The notes below the pieces were generated by a model. That model did not search any database. It was given only the letters and a program-made list of their open reading frames with translations, and was not told the origin of the DNA. From Neisseria subflava (GTDB taxonomy: Bacteria > Pseudomonadota > Gammaproteobacteria > Burkholderiales > Neisseriaceae), in NCBI RefSeq assembly GCF_024205705.1, contig NZ_CP073115.1:485313-517312 (forward strand): a stretch of 32,000 nucleotides of DNA, read 5' to 3'. Shown in pieces: positions 11,955 through 19,820 of the stretch. Position numbers and translations under genes: made by a program. Every line of letters starts with the position of its first letter. The stretch's first letter is position 1.

Positions 11955-12950
11955 ATGAGCCTGAAAAACCGCCATTTTTTAAAACTTTTGGATTTTACGC
12001 CGGAAGAAATCACCACCTATCTCGACCTTGCCGCCGAATTGAAGGCCGCTAAAAAAGCAGGGCGCGAAGTGCAGCGGATGAAGGGAAAAAACATCGCCCT
12101 GATTTTCGAGAAAACATCGACCCGTACCCGTTGCGCGTTTGAAGTGGCCACACGCGACCAAGGGGCAGGGGTAACTTATCTGGAGCCGTCTGCCAGCCAA
12201 ATCGGGCATAAGGAAAGCATTAAGGATACGGCGCGTGTTTTAGGGCGGATGTTTGACGGTATCGAGTATCGCGGCTTTGGACAGAATGTAGTGGAAGAAC
12301 TGGCCAAATATGCAGACGTGCCTGTGTTCAACGGTTTGACCAATGAGTTCCACCCGACTCAAATGCTCGCTGATGCGCTGACGATGCGCGAGCATAGCTA
12401 CAAGCCTTTGAACCAAATTGCGTTTGCCTATGTCGGCGATGCGCGTTACAACATGGCCAATTCGTTGCTGGTGTTGGCTGCGAAACTGGGCATGGATGTG
12501 CGTATCGGTGCGCCGAAAAGTTTGTGGCCGTCTGAAAACATTATCGAGACGGTGCAGGCTGTTGCCAAAGAGACCGGTGGACGGATTCTGTTGACGGAGA
12601 ATGTGAAAGAAGCCGTGAAAGGCGTGGATTTTATCCATACCGATGTGTGGGTCAGCATGGGTGAGCCTAAAGAGGCTTGGCAGGAACGTATTGATTTGCT
12701 GAAAGGTTACCGCGTTACCCCAGAATTGATGGCAGCGGCGGAAAATCCGCAAGTCAAGTTTATGCATTGCCTGCCTGCTTTCCATAATCGCGAAACCAAA
12801 GTCGGCGAATGGATTTATGAGACATTCGGCCTGAATGGCGTGGAAGTAACGGAAGAAGTTTTTGAAAGCGAAGCCAGCATTGTGTTTGATCAGGCAGAAA
12901 ACCGGATGCATACGATTAAAGCGGTGATGGTAGCGGCATTGGGCGATTGA
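11955..12950 (+). CDS. argF: Ornithine carbamoyltransferase
   Basis: [17 protein letters not shown] and HCLPAF motifs. I prefer the internal ATG at 11955 ([14 protein letters not shown]...) over the ORF-track start at 11916. Confidence 0.93.
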   Translation: MSLKNRHFLKLLDFTPEEITTYLDLAAELKAAKKAGREVQRMKGKNIALIFEKTSTRTRCAFEVATRDQGAGVTYLEPSASQIGHKESIKDTARVLGRMFDGIEYRGFGQNVVEELAKYADVPVFNGLTNEFHPTQMLADALTMREHSYKPLNQIAFAYVGDARYNMANSLLVLAAKLGMDVRIGAPKSLWPSENIIETVQAVAKETGGRILLTENVKEAVKGVDFIHTDVWVSMGEPKEAWQERIDLLKGYRVTPELMAAAENPQVKFMHCLPAFHNRETKVGEWIYETFGLNGVEVTEEVFESEASIVFDQAENRMHTIKAVMVAALGD

Positions 12951-12999
12951 GTTTTGTGCTCAACGCTGCTTACCGCTTCATTTAATAGAGATTAAATAA

Positions 13000-13032
13000 A
13001 GGCCGTCTGAAAGAAAGACTTTCAGACGGCCT
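13000..13032. terminator. Inverted DUS pair (argF terminator), abutted by the IS insertion
   Basis: aggccgtctgaa-agaaagac-ttcagacggcct. The last 5 nt, GGCCT, are repeated after the IS. Confidence 0.7.
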
Positions 13033-14250
13033 GAGACCTTTGCAAAATTCCCCAAAATCCCCTAAATTCCCACTAAGACATTTAGGGGATTTTCCATGAG
13101 CACCTTCTTCCAGCAAACCGCCCAAGCCATGATTGCCAAACACATCGACCGTTTCCCACTATTGAAGTTGGATCAGGTGATTGATTGGCAACCGATCGAA
13201 CAATACCTGAATCGTCAAAAAACCCGTTACCTTCGAGACCACCGCGGCCGTCCCGCCTATCCCCTGTTGTCCATGTTCAAAGCCGTCCTGCTCGGCCAAT
13301 GGCACAGCCTCTCCGATCCCGAACTCGAACACAGCCTCATCACCCGCATCGATTTCAACCTGTTTTGCCGTTTTGACGAACTGAGCATCCCCGATTACAG
13401 CACCTTATGCCGCTACCGCAACTGGCTGGCGCAAGACGACACCCTGTCCGAATTGCTGGAACTGATTAACCGCCAACTGACCGAAAAAAACCTAAAAATA
13501 GAGAAAGCATCCGCCGCCGTCATTGACGCCACCATTATTCAGACCGCCGGCAGCAAACAGCGTCAGGCCATAGAAGTCGATGAAGAAGGACAAGTCAGCG
13601 GACAAACCACACCGAGTAAAGACAGCGATGCCCGCTGGACAAAGAAAAACGGTTTATACAGACTCGGTTACAAACAACATACCCGCACCGATGAGGAAGG
13701 CTATATCGAGAAACTGCATATTACCCCCGCCAACGCCCATGAGTGCAAACAGTTGTCGCCTTTATTGGAAGGTCTGCCCGAAGGTACGACCGTCTATGCC
13801 GACAAAGGCTATGACAGTGAAGAAAACCGGCAACATCTGGAAGAGCATCGGCTGCTGGACGGCATTATGCGCAAAGCACACCGTAACCATCCGCTGACGG
13901 AAGCGCAAACCAAACGCAACCGGTATTTGTCGAAGACCCGTTATGTGGTCGAACAAAGCTTTGGTACGCTGCACCGTAAATTCCGCTATGCCCGGGCAGC
14001 CTATTTCGGGCTGGTTAAAGTAAGTGCACAAAGCCATCTGAAGGCGATGTGTTTGAACCTTTTGAAAGCCGCCAACAGGCTAAGTGCGCCTGTTGCCGCC
14101 TAAAAGGCGGCCGGATGCCTGATTAATCAGGTATCCAAGGAGGATTAAGAGGGTATTTGAGTAGAATCAGTGGATATTTGAAACAAAAACAGCCGAAAAC
14201 CTGTGTTTGGATTTCGGCTGTCGGAAAGAAAGGAATTTTGCAAAGGTCTC
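13033..14250 (+). mobile_element. IS5-family insertion sequence (IS1106-like), apparently intact
   Basis: Perfect 19-bp terminal inverted repeats GAGACCTTTGCAAAATTCC (13033-13051; reverse complement at 14232-14250). They are flanked by the direct repeat GGCCT (13028-13032 and 14251-14255). The element has a single transposase ORF. Confidence 0.9.
13096..14103 (+). CDS. IS5-family DDE transposase
   Basis: 335-aa ORF. The N-terminal region has the pattern ..GRPAYPLLSMFKAVLLGQWHSLSDPELE... The C-terminal DDE region has ..VYADKGYDSEENR.. and ..RYVVEQSFGTLHRKF... Confidence 0.9.
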   Translation: MSTFFQQTAQAMIAKHIDRFPLLKLDQVIDWQPIEQYLNRQKTRYLRDHRGRPAYPLLSMFKAVLLGQWHSLSDPELEHSLITRIDFNLFCRFDELSIPDYSTLCRYRNWLAQDDTLSELLELINRQLTEKNLKIEKASAAVIDATIIQTAGSKQRQAIEVDEEGQVSGQTTPSKDSDARWTKKNGLYRLGYKQHTRTDEEGYIEKLHITPANAHECKQLSPLLEGLPEGTTVYADKGYDSEENRQHLEEHRLLDGIMRKAHRNHPLTEAQTKRNRYLSKTRYVVEQSFGTLHRKFRYARAAYFGLVKVSAQSHLKAMCLNLLKAANRLSAPVAA

Positions 14251-14271
14251 GGCCTTGTTGTTTGATTGGGT

Positions 14272-15258
14272 TTATTGCCAAATCAGAACTTTGGGTTCGG
14301 GCGTTACTTGATAGCCTTCTTGGCGCAATAGTTCGATTAGGCCTTTTTCACTGGGTAAATGGGCAATGCCTACAGCAAAGAGGGTGCTTTGTTTGGCCGA
14401 TTGCTTGCGGATTTCAGGCAGCCATGCCAAGTTGCGGCGGATCAGGAGGTCGTTTTTCAGCCAATCGGACATGGCTTTGGCGTACTTGGTATCAACACGT
14501 TTGAGGGTGCGTTGTTCGGTTTCTTCCAAAAGTGGGATGAGTTCTTCAAAGCGGCCGTCTGAATAGGCTTGATGGAGTTTTTTGATATCTTCGGTTTCTT
14601 CTTTATTGGTTTTAATACTGGCTTTCAGAAAGTTGAGCATGGTTTCTTCAGGCTGGGCTTTGAAGATCGCGGTAACATCGTCCAAGCTTTCTAATGAACC
14701 ACGCGGCTTATTGATGTCGGCAGCCGCGTTGGTCAGTAACATATCTGCACCGGTTTCTGAGCTATACCCTTGGGGAAATGTACTGCCGGCAAAAATGAAT
14801 GCCGCCCACGGATGGAGCTTGTCGGCAATTTGGGCGATGGGGCGGCTTTCTTCATTTTGCGAATAGATTTCTTGTAAAAGACGGAAATCTGTTTTGCCAA
14901 GCTTGCGACTGAGCGGTTCGGTACTCATGATTTCTTTGAAGTATTTTTGATACATTTTTTTCGTTTCCGGACTGCTGTCTGGCAATGCGTCAACTTCTGT
15001 CGTCAGTTGGGCGGTGGATTGCAACAGTTTGACTGCATCGGGAGACAAGGTCTGATTGGTTCGTCCCATGTGGATGGTGCCGAGCAGGTAGGAATCGGGT
15101 TGGCCTTCTTTGCTGATTTTCCAAACATTGCTGGTCAGTTTAGGCTGATGCAAGTTAAGTTCGGCAGGTTTGCTTTCGGGTGAAGTCGCGGCGGGTTTGC
15201 AGGCGCCCAGGGTGAGGGCGGTCAATGGCACAAGCAGGCAGGCAAGCAGTTTTTTCAT
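14272..15258 (-). CDS. TraB/GumN family lipoprotein
   Basis: The internal ATG at 15258 gives MKKLLACLLVPLTALTLGAC (signal peptide plus lipobox), preceded by the SD aaggaaaa. The family motifs LLGTIHMG and AVGIAHLPSEKGLIELL are present. The longer 434-aa track ORF overlaps the upstream DUF1289 gene out of frame. Confidence 0.75.
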   Translation of the reverse strand: MKKLLACLLVPLTALTLGACKPAATSPESKPAELNLHQPKLTSNVWKISKEGQPDSYLLGTIHMGRTNQTLSPDAVKLLQSTAQLTTEVDALPDSSPETKKMYQKYFKEIMSTEPLSRKLGKTDFRLLQEIYSQNEESRPIAQIADKLHPWAAFIFAGSTFPQGYSSETGADMLLTNAAADINKPRGSLESLDDVTAIFKAQPEETMLNFLKASIKTNKEETEDIKKLHQAYSDGRFEELIPLLEETEQRTLKRVDTKYAKAMSDWLKNDLLIRRNLAWLPEIRKQSAKQSTLFAVGIAHLPSEKGLIELLRQEGYQVTPEPKVLIWQ

Positions 15259-15296
15259 GTTTTTCCTTATTGTGGTGTGCGGTAGGCAAGGGCAAT

Positions 15297-15542
15297 TTAG
15301 AAATCGAGCAGGTTTTGAACTGGATGTTCGTCCGTTTCGGTTTTTTCCAGTTTGCGGTTGCGAATTTTGGCCTTCCTGAGGGACAGAAGGTGCATGACTT
15401 GATGCTTTTGGCTGTCGGTCATCTGGAGCCAGTACAAGCGCTCTTCCCGGCTGCGCAGGCAGCCTTTGCAATAACCTTTGGCATTGGCTTCGCAGACACC
15501 TATACAGGGACTGGGGATGGGGAAAAAATCGGGTTGTTCCAT
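15297..15542 (-). CDS. DUF1289 (YdhL-like, Cys-rich) protein
   Basis: 81-aa ORF with SPCIGVCEANAKGYCKGCLRSREE, the CxxxC...CxxC signature of DUF1289. Confidence 0.75.
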   Translation of the reverse strand: MEQPDFFPIPSPCIGVCEANAKGYCKGCLRSREERLYWLQMTDSQKHQVMHLLSLRKAKIRNRKLEKTETDEHPVQNLLDF

Positions 15543-15671
15543 ATTTTAAAAGCGTTTGAGACAAGAGACCGGACAAACCAAAATTGCAGACTGCATTCGT
15601 ATTTGTCTACACACGATCGGTGTATCCAGCAGGGTTCCTAATATCCAATTGAGTTGATCATTTCAATAAGT

Positions 15672-15977
15672 TTATATCTGCCACCCTAGGCATAAAAAAC
15701 CTAAGAGAAACCATAAATATATCGCAGAAGAAGTCAGTACCTTCCCTATCGTCAGATTTTTCCAATAAAACCCAAGTAAGAACATTATAAAAATTAAAGG
15801 AATTCCAATATAAATATAATATTTAAGCGAACCTAATTCACTGAACACGTTTATAACAGAATAGAGACCGATAAATCCACCTGACCAAAAAATAATTATT
15901 GCCGGCCCTAAAAAAATAGCCGTTATTAAATGAGGGAGCAGTATGATTTTTATCCATTCTTTATATTTGTTGTTCAT
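15672..15977 (-). CDS. Small hydrophobic (3-4 TM) protein in an AT-rich islet, function unknown
   Basis: ATG at 15977 (MNNKYKEWIKIILLPHLITAIFLGPAIIIFW...). About 100 codons are open in very AT-rich DNA, where stop codons are frequent. I recognise no motif. Confidence 0.5.
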   Translation of the reverse strand: MNNKYKEWIKIILLPHLITAIFLGPAIIIFWSGGFIGLYSVINVFSELGSLKYYIYIGIPLIFIMFLLGFYWKNLTIGKVLTSSAIYLWFLLGFLCLGWQI

Positions 15978-16154
15978 TTTAATCTCAATTACTGCAATGG
16001 TATCGTATCCATTCAAATGGGGGAGCAAAGTGTACAGTAACGTCTCCAAGAACAATTACGGTATATTTGGCAGAATCATGTTTTAATACATATTTGGAGT
16101 TCCGCTATATTTTGATTTTCAGACGACCTATGTGTAGCCCCAACTATCTGCATT

Positions 16155-16487
16155 TTATGACTTAATCAGTTTACGCAAAGACTGATTGTTGTATTTGATA
16201 TCGGCAATCAGCTGGTCATATTGGTGCATTCTACGGAGCGAGCGGGTAATTAGATAGACCGAGAAAATAATCAAGCTGATGTTCATCAGACTGACCAGTA
16301 CGAGCAAAGGCCAAACATCAACGGCCTCGTACCATTTCGATGTCGCAATCAGCGCACTGAAAATAGACAAAGGGAGTGCGAAAACGGCAATGCCCGTACG
16401 CATGATAGCAAGTGCCGTGCGTTTTTCTGCAAGGAGAAGCTGTACTTGATTGATGCTGAGGATATCGTTTTGCTGTTCGGTAACCAT
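16155..16487 (-). CDS. DUF202 (YidH-like) membrane protein
   Basis: The internal ATG at 16487 gives MVTEQQNDILSINQVQLLLAEKRTALAIMRTGIAVFALPL. The N..LA.ERT.LA..RT motif is followed by two or three TM segments. Confidence 0.6.
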   Translation of the reverse strand: MVTEQQNDILSINQVQLLLAEKRTALAIMRTGIAVFALPLSIFSALIATSKWYEAVDVWPLLVLVSLMNISLIIFSVYLITRSLRRMHQYDQLIADIKYNNQSLRKLIKS

Positions 16488-16576
16488 AGGATACGCGCCT
16501 ATACAAATTAACTTTGAATTCTGATAAAGCGGAAAATATGGTTTTATGTTACCCGAAAGTATTGAAAATAAAAACA

Positions 16577-16606
16577 AAGGTCGTCTGAAAATTTTCAGAC
16601 GACCTT
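16577..16606. terminator. Inverted pair of variant DUS (AGGTCGTCTGAA), probable ancestral hemN terminator
   Basis: aaggtcgtctgaaa-at-tttcagacgacctt. It lies immediately left of the prophage. Confidence 0.5.
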
Positions 16607-16685
16607 ATATATTGCGTTCCATCAGGGGCGCATATTTTTAATTCTTGTAAAGCCCCTTAACTCTAGCCAGTGAAGGGGCTTAATC

Positions 16686-16916
16686 ATGTTTATTTTCTAT
16701 ACCGTCAATCCCGAACCCTTATCTTTCCCGAAAGCATACATCTTGAAAGTGTTCAGGGATAAAGACAACGAATCCCAATGCATCAAAACAGTTTGTTTCC
16801 CTATCCGCAATCCTACTTTGAAACAAAAAACCGAAAACGCCGCAAACGAATGCGGAAGACTTTTAGTAAGGGGATTGATGAATGAGGAATGCAACCGTGA
16901 AAGCCTTGGAAGATAA
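16686..16916 (+). CDS. Hypothetical small phage ORF upstream of and overlapping the Rep start
   Basis: 76-aa ORF with the SD-like gaagggg 7 nt upstream of the ATG. There is no recognisable motif. The region could instead be a non-coding origin or regulatory region. Confidence 0.25.
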   Translation: MFIFYTVNPEPLSFPKAYILKVFRDKDNESQCIKTVCFPIRNPTLKQKTENAANECGRLLVRGLMNEECNRESLGR

Positions 16917-18239
16917 AGCCGTGGCGGTGGTCGCGGATATGGCGGACGCGTCAGCGGACGGCAAGGCTGCGACAACCGCCGAAGGCTGCCCCCTAGGCTA
17001 ATAGGGGGGGAGCAAAATAAAACCCATAATCCGAAGGGTGCGGAAAAATCGGATAACCAAGACTTTGAGTTTGAATATTTCAGCCATTTCGTATCCGATG
17101 GAAAAGGCAAATTCATCGAAATACCTTTAAGACGTGGCAGGGATGACGGTGCATTTATTGACCAAATCACTTTTACAATTCATGAAGACAGTTTGCCTAA
17201 AGTAACAGGTAAAGGATTGGTGTCAGATACAGAATTTGTTGTGAAGTATAGCGAGCTTTTAGAAGAAATTTTAGGTTTTGGCATTACCCAAAAACTACCG
17301 TTTAAAGGCAAGTTTTTCTATAAAAGCTGTTACCAACTTGGTCCGGATAACGTCGAATATGGCAAGGTTCATTACGGCGGTCAGCGTGAAACAATGTTGG
17401 TTGAATTGAATGGTACAGGTTGTCAGGCTGCTATACCCGGTTGGGAAAACCGACTGTATGAGTTTTTAAGTAAGTGCATACGTCCAAAAATTACCCGTGT
17501 TGATGTGGCCCATGATTTTTTTAACGGCGAATACACACCCGATCAGGCATTACTTGATCATGACAACGGCCATTTTGACGTTCATAACATGAGGCCAAAA
17601 AGCGAATGCCGAGGTACTGCATGGCGCAATGATGACGGTAGCGGCAAAACCTTTTATGTAGGTAAACGCGGAAATTCTAAATTTACCCGTGTTTATGAGA
17701 AAGGAAAACAATTTGGCGATGTCAACAGTCCATGGGTCAGGTTTGAAACTGAATTTCGGGCAGGCGATATAGAAATCCCCTTAGATGTTTTGCTTTATCC
17801 CGGTTCGTATCTTGGTGGTGCTTACCCGATATGTTCGGCGATATTCAAAACAGAAGCTAAGCGGATGGATGCCAAGACAGAAACAGTAAATTTATCTTTC
17901 GATCACAAACTGTTCCATGCGCGTAATCAGGTTGGAAAAATGGTTAATTTCCTTCGCGATATAGGATGGGATGATACAAAAATCGTCGATGAACTTGTAA
18001 AAGGCATTGAAGGTTATCCCAAAGGTTTACAACCTGAACAATACGATTGTAGAGATCAGACACAAAAGATTCAGTATATCCACGAAGAGCAAAAAGCAAT
18101 TGATGATTTGAATATGCAAACATTACTTGATGATTTGCTTGATGAGAAAGAAACCGCATTTCCACAAGACAGGGAAAAACAACACATTAAAGACATCGAA
18201 CTCGAAGAGAAAATTATTTCAAATTTTTTAAACAAGTAA
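16882..18239 (+). CDS. Phage replication initiation protein (RstA/Rep_trans-like), reading frame interrupted at a C5 tract (16989-16993)
   Basis: The track ORF 17193-18239 starts at TTG, but its frame is open back to 16917 with no ATG/GTG/TTG. That upstream part encodes protein-like sequence, including GAFIDQITFTIHE, which resembles the IDWLxFT motif found near the N-terminus of RstA-type initiators. A 39-codon ORF with a good SD (aagggga-N7-ATG at 16882) ends at the TAA at 16999. One extra C, or a -1 slip in CCCCC, fuses the two into a protein of about 450 aa. Confidence 0.7.
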
Positions 18240-18251
18240 AGGAAATTCAAA

Positions 18252-18563
18252 ATGTTTGAGCAAAGCCAAGTAACCACGTATTCAGCAACCCTGTTGGGTG
18301 CAAAACAATTCAAAGGCGAAATTGACGGTAACAAAATCGATTCTTGCACAGTTTTGGTAGCCAGCCCCATGCCTTCAAACGGCAATTCCGTAGGTTTTAC
18401 CGCGGCAAGCATGAAGTTTGGCGATAGCCATAATTTCGACAAGCTGAAAAATCTTAAATTCCCATGCGCGGTTGATGTAACCGTCGCCATGGAATCAACA
18501 GGTAAAGGCCTAGTTCCTAAATTGCTTGATTTCCAAGTTAAAGGCTCAGCGCCCAAAGCCTAA
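18252..18563 (+). CDS. Phage protein, possibly the ssDNA-binding protein (assigned by position only)
   Basis: 103-aa soluble ORF directly after Rep, as in other inoviruses. I recognise no motif. Confidence 0.35.
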   Translation: MFEQSQVTTYSATLLGAKQFKGEIDGNKIDSCTVLVASPMPSNGNSVGFTAASMKFGDSHNFDKLKNLKFPCAVDVTVAMESTGKGLVPKLLDFQVKGSAPKA

Positions 18564-18576
18564 GAAAGGCTGAATC

Positions 18577-18780
18577 ATGAGTAAGTATCAGCAAAAATTT
18601 ATTGTTCAAGAACTCGAAAATCATGAATTCATCTATCCCGATCCATTCGGTGATATTGGTTTCACTCCTAATATTAAATCTGCCGGTCAATATGAAAGCT
18701 ATGAAGATGCTTTCAATTCGGCGATTGAAGAAATCGGCGGCGAATTTTTAATTTTCAGTTTTTATACAAAAGAAGACTAA
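18577..18780 (+). CDS. Hypothetical small acidic phage protein
   Basis: 67-aa ORF, tightly spaced after the preceding gene. Confidence 0.4.
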   Translation: MSKYQQKFIVQELENHEFIYPDPFGDIGFTPNIKSAGQYESYEDAFNSAIEEIGGEFLIFSFYTKED

Positions 18781-18865
18781 GTTTAAGAGGCTCGGCGGGC
18801 GGTCTCTAAAACCTTCACATAGCCCGCAAACACATTTTTTTAAACATTTCGTAAAGGAAAACATC

Positions 18866-19084
18866 ATGAAATTGATGAACACTTGCCGTAAATACGGCGC
18901 AAAACTGGCCGTTGTTGCCGCAGCTCCTCTGGCTTTGGCTACACAAGCCTATGCCGCTCTTGATGAAGGTGCAAAATCAGCCCTTGAAGCCGCAAAAACT
19001 GACGGCCTTGAAGCAGGATGGTTGGTAGTCGGCGTATTTGCCGCTTTGTTCGTTATTGCCATTGTTAAACGCTTATTGCGCTAA
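18866..19084 (+). CDS. Inovirus major coat protein (pVIII-like)
   Basis: 72 aa. It has a signal peptide ending AYA, an acidic amphipathic N-terminus (ALDEGAKSALEAAKTDGLEAG), a hydrophobic helix (WLVVGVFAALFVIAIV) and a basic C-terminus (KRLLR). The SD aaagga is upstream. Confidence 0.8.
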   Translation: MKLMNTCRKYGAKLAVVAAAPLALATQAYAALDEGAKSALEAAKTDGLEAGWLVVGVFAALFVIAIVKRLLR

Positions 19085-19096
19085 TAGGTAATTAAG

Positions 19097-19372
19097 ATGT
19101 ACTACCAAGTCGGGAATAAATGTCTTGAGCAAAGCCAAGCTGAAAACGTCTATTTCAGCTTGGTAGTACCTCAAATTAGCCAAGACGGCAAAATTATCAA
19201 ACCTGAGTACAACGGTACAGTATGGAAACTCAACGGACAGACGATTAAAGCCGATTTGCCCAAATGCGATCCAAGTGAAAATCTGAAAAGCGGTTTGGAT
19301 ACAGGATGGCTCTTGTTCGGCGTGATGGCTGCTGTGTATTTCGTATCCATTTTGAAAAGGGTTCTCAAATGA
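19097..19372 (+). CDS. Phage minor coat-like protein with C-terminal membrane anchor
   Basis: 91 aa. The C-terminus GWLLFGVMAAVYFVSILKRVLK parallels the coat protein TM-plus-basic tail. Confidence 0.5.
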   Translation: MYYQVGNKCLEQSQAENVYFSLVVPQISQDGKIIKPEYNGTVWKLNGQTIKADLPKCDPSENLKSGLDTGWLLFGVMAAVYFVSILKRVLK

Positions 19373-19440
19373 TGGATTACTATTTTTACTTGGGTCTGGC
19401 GGTACCTGTTTTGATAGGGGCTATTTTATTTAAGGATTGA
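19369..19440 (+). CDS. Unannotated 23-codon hydrophobic micro-ORF (pVII/pIX-like candidate)
   Basis: My own translation is MMDYYFYLGLAVPVLIGAILFKD. Its ATG overlaps the stop of the preceding gene (aATGa), suggesting translational coupling. It is below the ORF-track size cutoff. Confidence 0.35.
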   Translation: MMDYYFYLGLAVPVLIGAILFKD

Positions 19441-19499
19441 TACCCTATTCGGGTAATGTCAAAATCTAACTTTCAGCAATCATTACGAAAGTTAGTATT

Positions 19500-19820
19500 A
19501 TGTTTTATATTTCAGAAGAAGAATTGAGATTCAAAAAAGACACGAATCCAGATTATTTAAATGAAAAATTGTGTCATGTTTTTATGGCTGAAATGTTCAA
19601 ACTTAAAGAAATTTATCCAATTTCTGATTTTAAGAACATGGTAAAAAGTGCAGCTCAATATTTCTTAAATCGAACATATCTTGATGATATGTTAGTTTTT
19701 TTTGAAGATGGCTCTTTTTTAAAATTTCAGTTTTTAGAACATGGCTTTGAATGCAAAGAGTTCTATGATGGTCAAATTTCTACGGCTTATTATTATGGCC
19801 GTTATTCTATTAGGATTTAA
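19500..19820 (+). CDS. Hypothetical soluble protein in a strongly AT-rich segment (possible phage cargo/moron)
   Basis: 106 codons are open in DNA that is visibly the most AT-rich of the prophage. There is no signal peptide or TM segment. It is preceded by two hairpins (19441-19455, 19467-19494) and overlaps the start of the pIII-like gene. Confidence 0.45.
   Translation: MFYISEEELRFKKDTNPDYLNEKLCHVFMAEMFKLKEIYPISDFKNMVKSAAQYFLNRTYLDDMLVFFEDGSFLKFQFLEHGFECKEFYDGQISTAYYYGRYSIRI

Noticed and set aside
14157-14504. 115-aa plus-strand ORF spanning the right IS end into the TraB/GumN gene.
   Set aside because: It crosses the IS inverted repeat and runs antisense to a supported gene. It is not credible as a gene.
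15259-15576. N-terminal extension of the 434-aa track ORF upstream of the TraB/GumN lipoprotein start.
   Set aside because: It overlaps the DUF1289 gene (15297-15542) in a different frame. The internal ATG at 15258 gives a canonical lipoprotein signal peptide and has its own SD.
17004-17010. G7 tract considered as the phase-variation switch that restores Rep.
   Set aside because: Both other frames are closed immediately upstream: TAG at 16994-16996 and TAA TAG at 16999-17004. Changing the G-tract length alone cannot fuse an initiating ORF to Rep. Only the C5 tract, or a -1 slip there, can. The G7 is retained only as the pairing partner of C5 and as a further slippage-prone site within the fused frame.
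17098-17105. ATG at 17098 followed by an A4 run, considered as the true Rep start after a 1-nt indel.
   Set aside because: There is no SD upstream. The Rep frame also encodes plausible protein for another ~25 codons upstream of this point. The C5 explanation, with a good SD at 16868-16874, is more parsimonious.
16697-17170. 157-aa minus-strand ORF across the Rep 5' region.
   Set aside because: It has a Pro/Ser/Leu-rich, low-complexity translation, is antisense to the protein-like Rep N-terminus, and has no SD.
18791-18841. Hairpin (gcgggc...gcccgc) plus T7 run upstream of the major coat gene, considered as an internal terminator.
   Set aside because: The stem is only 6 bp with a 21-nt loop, and the T-run is 7 nt away from the stem. 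That is too weak to call.
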